From the NCBI GenBank assembly GCA_035527515.1, contig DATLAJ010000057.1:858-64857 (forward strand): DNA of 64,000 nt, written 5' to 3'. Positions 16,964 through 24,618 of the stretch are shown one piece after another. The position numbers and the translations under genes are program-made. The DNA is from a bacterium (GTDB taxonomy: Bacteria; B130-G9). Numbering within the stretch: position 1 is the stretch's first letter; every line of letters begins with the position of its first letter. The notes below the pieces were generated by a model. It made no database searches, was not told the DNA's origin, and saw only the letters and a program-made list of their open reading frames with translations.

Positions 16964-18327
16964 CTAGGCTGGAAATGGCCATTCTGGTTCTGCTGTCCGC
17001 GGTATTTGCGTTGACATCTTGCACTGTAGCGCAAGCAGGTGATTACCCCTGGGTGCATTACTTCAAGCCGCCTGATATGCGGCAAGTCCACTGCGCGTTT
17101 GCTGACGCCGAGGGGAACGTGATCGCTGCTACTGGTGACTGGAATTACAGCACATACAACTGGGGCACCGGGGATACCACCTATTGGTATCTGTCCGATG
17201 GGATATTCCAGATTCGCGAGGGAGACATAGAGGCCGTGCAGTGCCCGGCGTCCACATTCGTCCTGGACTGCGCGACAGATTCTGCCGGAAGGACGTGGGT
17301 GTTGTTCGCCGAAGGTCATGATTATAGGCAACACGTGTGGGATCCCTGGCGGTCTGCTGCGCTGAGAGGTCCTTGTGCGGCATCCGACGTGGGCTATAGG
17401 CACTTTCGCTGGCCGACCGGTATGTGGTCGTATCTAACCGACTATAGGCTGGCTACAATCGAGGAAGGCGGCTTGCGAGAGCAGCGTGAGCTATTGGACA
17501 GAGTGCCGGCCGAACCGGTCGTAATGGCAGCCGACCCTCAGGGCCGGATATACGTCATGAGTTGCGAGGACTGTGACGACCGCATTGCTGATTTCTTCAT
17601 TTCTTGGTGGTCTGGACATGACTCCAGTTGCATACGTACAATATGTTTGTGGGATCTTATTCCAGATTCCTGGGCCGCTGACTATCCTAAGTTCGGTCCA
17701 GACGATCTTGTGTACTTCCTCATAAGGATCGCGGCCGGAGATGCGAACTCTAGGTTCGCCGTGCTCTGCCTTGATCCAGAGACTGAGGAGTATGAGATTT
17801 GGAGGGCCTCCGATTACGCATTTCTCGATTCGGAGGTCTATTGCTTCTACGTGGACCAGTTCAACGTTAAGTGGTTTGGGACCGACGATGGCTTGGTTCG
17901 GTTTGACGGCGAGACCTGGATGCGCTTCGCGTCGGAAAACAGCCCACTGCCTTACGATCGGATTAAACAGATCCAATATGATGAGATCGACTATGTCTAT
18001 TACATCGTCTCGGCAGCAGAGGATTGGAGAGAACATCCAGACGACTACGTGGCGCTCAGTGTATTCTCCCCAACGGGGCGGGCGATATATGAGCCATCGT
18101 ATATGCCCGGGGGACCGTTGCTGCGGCGCGGATCAGGCAACATATGGTATCTCATGCCGGGCTGGGATGATGATCTAGTTTACGTCTATGATCACGTGAG
18201 ACTCAGCGAATTCAGCTTGCGAGATTGGGTGGACGTCCCGGAATACTCCGCTTGGGATTTCGCCATATCTCCTACGACCTTAGGGCAGACATTTTTTGCT
18301 AATGACTACTGCGTAATGATCTGGTAG
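16960..18327 (+). CDS. Array gene B4. It is a beta-propeller lipoprotein ending in CVMIW.
   Basis: It starts MTRLEMAILVLLSAVFALTSC. About 110 nt of its 5' end are near-identical to B3. Reg_prop-like motifs are present and the C-terminus is ANDYCVMIW. Confidence 0.6.
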   Translation: MTRLEMAILVLLSAVFALTSCTVAQAGDYPWVHYFKPPDMRQVHCAFADAEGNVIAATGDWNYSTYNWGTGDTTYWYLSDGIFQIREGDIEAVQCPASTFVLDCATDSAGRTWVLFAEGHDYRQHVWDPWRSAALRGPCAASDVGYRHFRWPTGMWSYLTDYRLATIEEGGLREQRELLDRVPAEPVVMAADPQGRIYVMSCEDCDDRIADFFISWWSGHDSSCIRTICLWDLIPDSWAADYPKFGPDDLVYFLIRIAAGDANSRFAVLCLDPETEEYEIWRASDYAFLDSEVYCFYVDQFNVKWFGTDDGLVRFDGETWMRFASENSPLPYDRIKQIQYDEIDYVYYIVSAAEDWREHPDDYVALSVFSPTGRAIYEPSYMPGGPLLRRGSGNIWYLMPGWDDDLVYVYDHVRLSEFSLRDWVDVPEYSAWDFAISPTTLGQTFFANDYCVMIW

Positions 18328-18335
18328 CGAAGACG

Positions 18336-18650
18336 ATGCAGGTGTTTGTGTATCCTGAGATCTGGTGCAGGCGTGCGCTGGTTCCGGTATTTGGTCCCCA
18401 TCTTGGGTATCGGACGAGGTGGGTGCTGCTGCCGCCGAGAGAGAAGGTGCCGCCCGTGACGCCGCTGCCGGAGGGTCCGCATCCGGTGGTGGGGCCGATT
18501 GTGCACCCGACACCCCCGGACGAGGAGGGCGTCACCACAATCGAGGCCGCGCTTTGGAAGCAGTCCGACGGCTACTTCAAGGGCGATAGATACGACCCCG
18601 CCCTGGTTGCCCGGCATCCTACGGATCAGCACATTGTTCGGCTCAATTGA
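18336..18650 (+). pseudogene. Array cassette A5'. It is a terminal, doubly truncated remnant of the gene A C-terminal module.
   Basis: The first ~105 nt are 100% identical to A1 at 9541-9650. Homology to A4' ends abruptly at 18603 after GDRYDPA, and the frame then runs into unrelated sequence and stops at 18650. The Cys loop and the ESERIDVI end are missing. Confidence 0.5.
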
Positions 18651-19053
18651 CACGTTTACCACAGAACTATGCCATACGTTAATCAATGAGGCCAAAGAGA
18701 GCTCCTGCGGTAGTTGGCGATGCGTAATCCTTGACCTGGAGGCCGAGGTGATGTAAATACACCATGTGTTTTTCGGGCAGCGATTGAGGCAAACTTCTAC
18801 GGATTGGTCACGAACAGGAACGAGCGTTCAAAGCGGGAATCTCTCACTTCTTTTCGCCCCGTTTCCGCTGGCGCAAACTCCTCCCAAGAAAAGACTTGAA
18901 CGCTGTGAGAAATAAGGTATGTTAGAACAGGCTGTATCGACAGCAGATTGATAAGTTTACATATTCTGAGGCTATATAGATGGGCGAACCGCCCTGAGTC
19001 GCGGAGCTGCGACTGATGGGTGGAGTGTCTCGTTATTTTATGGAGGACCGCAA

Positions 19054-22000
19054 ATGTCATTGAGATGGGTCACGATCGTATGTTCGGTGTTCGTCTTTGT
19101 CATCGTTGGTTTGACCGTGTGCCGTGCTGGCGAATGGTCGGACTATGAGATCACACAGGATACAACTTGGGACCCGAGCGAGAACCCAATTGTCCTGATG
19201 CGTGATCTTACTATCCACAAGGTGAATCCTGATGATCCTAGCGACAGAGTTAAGCTGACGATCAATCCTGGGGTTGTAGTAAAGCTTGCCTCACACGTTG
19301 ACATATTTGTTGAGGGGCTTGTGGTCGCGGAGGAGGCGCTTTTTACCTCGATAAATGACGACAGCACGCCTGACGGAGCGTGGGAGGACAGTTCAGGAAC
19401 GCCACAGATAGGTGATTGGAACTCTGTCCACATCTACAACTACAATGCCATCTTCTCGGGCTGCACGTTTCGCTACGGCAAGTCAATAGAGATCGATGAT
19501 TGCTCGCCCACTTTTTACGGCAACCTGATCGAGCAATTCAGTCGATATGGTCTGTATATTGTTGCCCAGGACACGCTTGTCAGCCCGGTCATCGAGTGCA
19601 ACAAGATATTTGACATCGGCGAGCCTTACACCGATGACAATCCTGAGAACGGGAAGTTCGACCCCGGCCAGGAGGAGTATCAAGACCTCGACATGAACGA
19701 CCAGTATGACGCTGGCATCGGCATCTATTGCTACACACCACCTTTCTATTTTGGCCCGTGCGTTCCGCTGATTCGGTTCAACCAGATTGTTATGAGCACC
19801 GATCGCAGCGTCGCTCGGGGCAGCTTGCCAATAGTGTTTGAGAACACTCTGCCGATCATGCTCGACGTCGGGGGCTCACCGGAGAATCCGGTCCCTGATG
19901 GTAACCTGATTCGGCAAAGGGCGGATGATGACCGCTTCGTCTCGGCCATCGGCATAAAGGGCTATGTCAAGCCTGGCGAGCTGGACGATGATACCGGCGC
20001 TTACAAATACGTGGACTACTTCCTCCCGCTCGTTGACGACAGAGCGGTGGCCTCGGACCAGGTCTCGCCGACAAACCAACATCTCCCCTACATAGTTCTG
20101 GAAGACCTCGTCATCGCCGATGGCTGCGACCTATCCGTGCCGCCCAATTGCGTTGTCAAGTTCAGCGCGGACACGAGCGTCGAGATTCTGGGGACGATCG
20201 AGACCTCCAACCTGTCCGCATCCCGCAGCTATTTCACATCGCTTCATAACGACGTTTACGGGCTGAGGGTGCCTGGCAGCAACAGCCACCCCGCTCCTGG
20301 CGACTGGTATCAGTTCAGGATTTGCTGCGAGGATTGCCTGATCCAGAACAGCAACTTCAGCTACGGGACGTTCGTCAAGATCGATCAGTGCTGTCCGACA
20401 ATCATCAACAACACGGTCTCCAACTTCTATCTTTATGGTCTTTATGTATATGCCGAGTCGCACGCAGCAAAGCCGGAAATATCGCGAAACGTGATACAGG
20501 ACTGCGGCCACGTGGTCGATGCGGCAAGCGGCATTTACGAGGGCGGTGGCATCTGCCTCGAGACGGGGCGCGATTATTTGGGCCCGTGCGAGCCGACGCT
20601 TCAGGGCAACAGGCTGCTTAGTAATCATGGCTATCCATTGACGCTTCTTGGGACGTGCGACCCTGTTTACATCAACAACACCTTGATGGGCAACTCCTAC
20701 CGAGCCGTCGCGATAGGCGGGACTATACGCGGCCGGGGAGCGACGTGGGATGATGTAACCGGCTATCACTATCCTTACGTGGTCATAGACCCCGTGGTGG
20801 TGGCGGGAGGCTACAGGGCCGCCAACGGGCTTTCTACTGCCATCATCTCGAGCGACACGCTTGATGGCATCCTGGACACCCTCGTTGACGAGACCGCCGA
20901 CTGGAAGGCGAACGTCCTGACTGGCTCGATGCTGACTCCCAACACCGACCGGCCCGAACAGTTCGAGATAGTGTCCAACACCAGAACCTCGATTGTGGTT
21001 GGCTCCGACGTGTCCGGCATCGCCCAAGGCGGAGACCCCTACGAGTTCGTCGTGAAGGATACGGTCGTGGAAGTCCCTCTTGGAACGATAGTCAAGTTCG
21101 CCAAGGGGATGAGCATTTATGTGAAGGGTCAGCTCGAGCTCAACGGCACGACCCGCGACAGAGTCTATTTCACCTCTTTCAATGACGATTCCGCCGGCGG
21201 CTCCGTTCTTCTGTCGGGCTCAACGCCGATGCCTCAGCCGGGCGATTGGGAATACTTCAAGGTCGAGAACGACAACAACAAGATCGAGGAATGCATCTTC
21301 AAATACGGCACTTCGATCTACATAGATAGCTGCTCGCCGTTGCTCCAGCACAACGCCATCGCGATGTTCTCACGGGCGGGTATCCACTGCTACGCGCACA
21401 GCGCGAAGGCCTCGCCCTCCATCCTCAACAATGCGATCATGTGCAATCGCAATGGCGTTCGTTGTGAGACGGACACTGGGTTTACCGATCCCAATGGCGC
21501 GATGCCGATGATCCACTCCAATGACATCGTCAGCAACGAGGAGTATGGGGTCGTGAACCTCCAAGAGGGGGCAGAGATCGACGCCGTGCTCAACTGGTGG
21601 GGCGCCGTCGATGGCCCATCGGGAGATGCACCCGGAAGCGGAGACGGCATATATGACGTGTCCCTCTACAAACCATTCCAGGGCGAGCCCAACTTCGAGG
21701 CCGATTCGGCCCCTCCGGTGTTCTCGGATGTGTTCCCTGCGCCGTATTCGGTCGATGTGCAGACGACCACTATCATCATGTTGACGGTTACGGACGTCGG
21801 CAAGGGCATTGACACTAATTCTGTCTCGATAAAGGTCGATCATGGCGACGGTGAGGGCTTCGTGTCCGTGATGAAGGACGGCGAAGACCTCCACTACAAC
21901 GGGGGCTATGTGAGCCGCGAGAACGTCGCGAACGGCTACCGTTACAGCTATGTTCCCGGACGGTCATTCGCCGCAAACAGGCAGGTGTGCGTCAAGATGC

Positions 22001-24594
22001 AGATCGGCGATCTCGAGCTCTGCCCCAACAAGGCTCAATACACCTTCTGCTTCTGGACTGGTAGAAACATTGGGCTCACCTTTGGCCGAGTGGAGCCTGA
22101 GATCGGAACGGTCAAGACGCAGTTCACATACAGCGTTGACTTCTTCGACAGGGACCTTGCGGCTCCCGCATCTGCGCTGCTCTATATAGACAACATGCCA
22201 CGCAGCATGAGCCTCGTGGCGGGCGACCCGTGGGAGGGAACATACTCATACACCACGTCGTTGAAGGTCGGCTATCACACCTTCTACTTCGAGTTTGAGG
22301 GCGGCGGTGGCGCTGGCACGGTGCGGCTGCCCGAGCTCGGCGACGTGCCGCCATACTTCTACGGTCCGACTGTCCTATCGGAGGATACGACCAACACCTG
22401 GCCGATGTTCAGGCACGACCCCGTTCACAGCGGCAGGTCCCCGATCGCTGCGACCTCCGCACCGACGCTCAACTGGAGCTTCACCGCGGGCGATTACATT
22501 ATCTCCTCACCCGTGGTCGATGCTGACAACACCGTCTATTTCGGATGCTATGACGGCAACGTTTATGCAATGAACACTGATGGGACGGTCAAGTGGGCTG
22601 CCAGCACTGGGGATTACATCGCCAGCACGCCCGTCATCGACGAAAACGGGAACCTATACGTCGGCTCGGGCGACCATTATTTCTACAGCTTCAATCCGGA
22701 CGGCTCGCTCAACTGGACCTATAAGACCGGCGGCGAGATCGACTCTTCGCCTACAATAGGGATTGATGGAAATATCTACTTCGGGTGCGACGACGGTTAC
22801 CTGTACTCGATGACGTCAGACGGCAACCTGCGCTGGCAGTTCCACACTGGCGGCTGGGTAACGTCCTCGCCGGCGATATGGTTCGACGGGACGGTCTTTT
22901 TCGGCTCGGACGACAACAAACTCTACGCAGTCCGGCACGACGGCAACCTGCGCTGGAGCTATAATACTGGCGCGGTAATTACCTCATCGCCGGTCGTTGG
23001 ACCTGACGAGACGGCCTATGTCGGCGCTGGCTACCAGATACTCGCCATCAACTCCGACGGGACACTGAAGTGGCGCGTCAATGCCGACAACATTGTTCAC
23101 TCCTCGCCCGCGCTTTCTGATGACGGCGTGCTCTATGTCGGCTCCTATGACCACAACCTCTACGCAATAGAGACGTCAACGGGCACGGTCAATTGGACCT
23201 ACGTTGCCAACAACGTGATCCATACCTCCCCCGCGATCGACGCCAACGGGGACATCCTGTTCGGCTCCCACGACGGGAACCTCTACTGCCTGGGCAAGGA
23301 CGGGTCGCTACTGTGGCGCTTCTACGACCCGTTGAGGCCGGGATATGGCTTCAACGTCCACAGCTCGCCCGCAATCGGCCCGGACGGCAGCGTTTATTTC
23401 GGCTCCGAGGAGAAGCTCTATGCGCTGGCGGAGCTGCCCGTTCTCAACACGGCGCCCACGCTCTCCGATGCGTCTTGCGCGCCTTCAGGCAAGAGCACAA
23501 CTCGATATACGTTCAAGATCCACTACTTCGACCGCGAGCAGGAGCCGCCATCGGTGGCAAAGGTAATCGTGGACGACGCCGAGTATGCGCTCGCATTCGA
23601 TTCCGGGGAGGCGGCAGACGGCTACTACTCCGCTCGCATAATGCTCACGCCCGGGGAACACACCCACTACTACCTGTTCGCCGATGCGACAAGCAAGACG
23701 ACAAGGTATCCCGCGGTCGGCTCAATCGATGGCCCAAACATCGAGGAGGGTTCGCCAGGAACACCGCCGTTCACCCGCTCCGCGCCTCCAACAGTCTGGA
23801 TGGCCGGTTATTTCGGCTCTCACGTCTCTCAGCGGCTTGGCGGCAAGCTGCACGTTGTGGCCTATTGCACCGACCCGGACGACGACATCGCACGGGTTGA
23901 ACTGTGCTACGACGGCGAGCCACTTGTCCCACTCAACGACGATGGCCAGTCTCAGGACGGTCTCGCTGGAGATGGGGTTTACGGCTGTTTCGTCGATGTT
24001 GAGCCGGGCTATCCTGCCGGCTGCTACCTATTGGAGGTGGTGGCGACCGACGCCGAGGGCAACACGAGCAACGTCTGGCCCTATGTCACGATCGATGATT
24101 ATCCGCGGTTCGACCTCCCGGGACTTGCAGGCGTATCGTCCGCGGCAGTCTCGAACAGCGAGGTCATGCCGGTCGGCGGCAAGCCCGCATCGAATCTGAG
24201 CCTCAACCTACAGAACTACATCCTAGATTCAATACGCGGGGTCACCAGCCGAGATGTCGGCCCTGAGCCAGAGATACTCATGGCCGGCTATGGCAACTGC
24301 AAGATCGACCAGAATACGGGTGGCACGCTCTTTTTGAACGTCATAGTTAATGATCCAGATGGCCTCTCGAACATCGCCTCGGTCGAGGCGCACAGATCGC
24401 TTCAGGACCATGGTGATTTCTCGTTTGGCGGCGTCGAACTCAGCCGGCTTACTGCTGATGGACAGAGAGGCTACTACGGGGCGAACTGCCATATTGCTGG
24501 CGGCGAGCGAGGCCATCATCTAATAGAGGTCCAGGTGGCCGACAAGGACGGTAATTACAGCACATTCTTCCCGTACCTTGTCGTGACCCAATAG
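19054..24594 (+). CDS. Giant (1846 aa) secreted surface protein. It has a signal peptide, a right-handed beta-helix-like region (PbH1-like NNT/ISxN repeats), Ca-binding DxNxNG motifs, an 8-10 blade PQQ-like beta-propeller, and C-terminal Ig-like/CARDB-like segments.
   Basis: The N-terminus IVCSVFVFVIVGLTVCRA reads as a signal peptide. The EPYTDDNPENGKFDPGQEEYQDLDMNDQYDAG motif is shared with the proteins at 1-2096. Blades at residues ~1120-1480 have the form SSPVVDADNTVYFGCYDGNVYAMNTDGTVKW. An AT-rich promoter-like region lies upstream. Confidence 0.6.
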   Translation: MSLRWVTIVCSVFVFVIVGLTVCRAGEWSDYEITQDTTWDPSENPIVLMRDLTIHKVNPDDPSDRVKLTINPGVVVKLASHVDIFVEGLVVAEEALFTSINDDSTPDGAWEDSSGTPQIGDWNSVHIYNYNAIFSGCTFRYGKSIEIDDCSPTFYGNLIEQFSRYGLYIVAQDTLVSPVIECNKIFDIGEPYTDDNPENGKFDPGQEEYQDLDMNDQYDAGIGIYCYTPPFYFGPCVPLIRFNQIVMSTDRSVARGSLPIVFENTLPIMLDVGGSPENPVPDGNLIRQRADDDRFVSAIGIKGYVKPGELDDDTGAYKYVDYFLPLVDDRAVASDQVSPTNQHLPYIVLEDLVIADGCDLSVPPNCVVKFSADTSVEILGTIETSNLSASRSYFTSLHNDVYGLRVPGSNSHPAPGDWYQFRICCEDCLIQNSNFSYGTFVKIDQCCPTIINNTVSNFYLYGLYVYAESHAAKPEISRNVIQDCGHVVDAASGIYEGGGICLETGRDYLGPCEPTLQGNRLLSNHGYPLTLLGTCDPVYINNTLMGNSYRAVAIGGTIRGRGATWDDVTGYHYPYVVIDPVVVAGGYRAANGLSTAIISSDTLDGILDTLVDETADWKANVLTGSMLTPNTDRPEQFEIVSNTRTSIVVGSDVSGIAQGGDPYEFVVKDTVVEVPLGTIVKFAKGMSIYVKGQLELNGTTRDRVYFTSFNDDSAGGSVLLSGSTPMPQPGDWEYFKVENDNNKIEECIFKYGTSIYIDSCSPLLQHNAIAMFSRAGIHCYAHSAKASPSILNNAIMCNRNGVRCETDTGFTDPNGAMPMIHSNDIVSNEEYGVVNLQEGAEIDAVLNWWGAVDGPSGDAPGSGDGIYDVSLYKPFQGEPNFEADSAPPVFSDVFPAPYSVDVQTTTIIMLTVTDVGKGIDTNSVSIKVDHGDGEGFVSVMKDGEDLHYNGGYVSRENVANGYRYSYVPGRSFAANRQVCVKMQIGDLELCPNKAQYTFCFWTGRNIGLTFGRVEPEIGTVKTQFTYSVDFFDRDLAAPASALLYIDNMPRSMSLVAGDPWEGTYSYTTSLKVGYHTFYFEFEGGGGAGTVRLPELGDVPPYFYGPTVLSEDTTNTWPMFRHDPVHSGRSPIAATSAPTLNWSFTAGDYIISSPVVDADNTVYFGCYDGNVYAMNTDGTVKWAASTGDYIASTPVIDENGNLYVGSGDHYFYSFNPDGSLNWTYKTGGEIDSSPTIGIDGNIYFGCDDGYLYSMTSDGNLRWQFHTGGWVTSSPAIWFDGTVFFGSDDNKLYAVRHDGNLRWSYNTGAVITSSPVVGPDETAYVGAGYQILAINSDGTLKWRVNADNIVHSSPALSDDGVLYVGSYDHNLYAIETSTGTVNWTYVANNVIHTSPAIDANGDILFGSHDGNLYCLGKDGSLLWRFYDPLRPGYGFNVHSSPAIGPDGSVYFGSEEKLYALAELPVLNTAPTLSDASCAPSGKSTTRYTFKIHYFDREQEPPSVAKVIVDDAEYALAFDSGEAADGYYSARIMLTPGEHTHYYLFADATSKTTRYPAVGSIDGPNIEEGSPGTPPFTRSAPPTVWMAGYFGSHVSQRLGGKLHVVAYCTDPDDDIARVELCYDGEPLVPLNDDGQSQDGLAGDGVYGCFVDVEPGYPAGCYLLEVVATDAEGNTSNVWPYVTIDDYPRFDLPGLAGVSSAAVSNSEVMPVGGKPASNLSLNLQNYILDSIRGVTSRDVGPEPEILMAGYGNCKIDQNTGGTLFLNVIVNDPDGLSNIASVEAHRSLQDHGDFSFGGVELSRLTADGQRGYYGANCHIAGGERGHHLIEVQVADKDGNYSTFFPYLVVTQ

Positions 24595-24618
24595 AAGGCC
24601 CTAGGGCCGCTGGATAGG

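Larger units (their letters stand above)
8795..18603 (+). repeat. Tandem mosaic array of four B genes, two full-length A genes and three truncated A cassettes. Conserved junction blocks are interspersed with diverged segments.
   Basis: Direct DNA comparison of the copies. Conserved blocks are MQVFVYPEIW..., the A-end/B-signal-peptide region, and the B C-terminus gtgatgatctggtag. Confidence 0.8.

Noticed and set aside
8795-18603. Site-specific invertase-driven shufflon or phase-variation switch for the array.
   Set aside because: All cassettes are in the same orientation. I saw no inverted repeats bracketing a promoter and no recombinase gene in the window. The variation looks like direct-repeat gene conversion or deletion.
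20131-21027. 298-aa minus-strand ORF inside the 1846-aa surface protein gene, and similar long antisense ORFs inside the epimerase (60425-61204), rodA (47448-48194, alternative frame) and dnaE genes.
   Set aside because: These are typical GC-rich antisense or alternate-frame open frames with no motifs. The sense ORFs carry unambiguous family signatures.
24596-24607. The 12-nt perfect palindrome ggccctagggcc after the 1846-aa gene, considered as a terminator.
   Set aside because: The stem is only 4-5 bp and there is no U-tract, so it is too weak to call.
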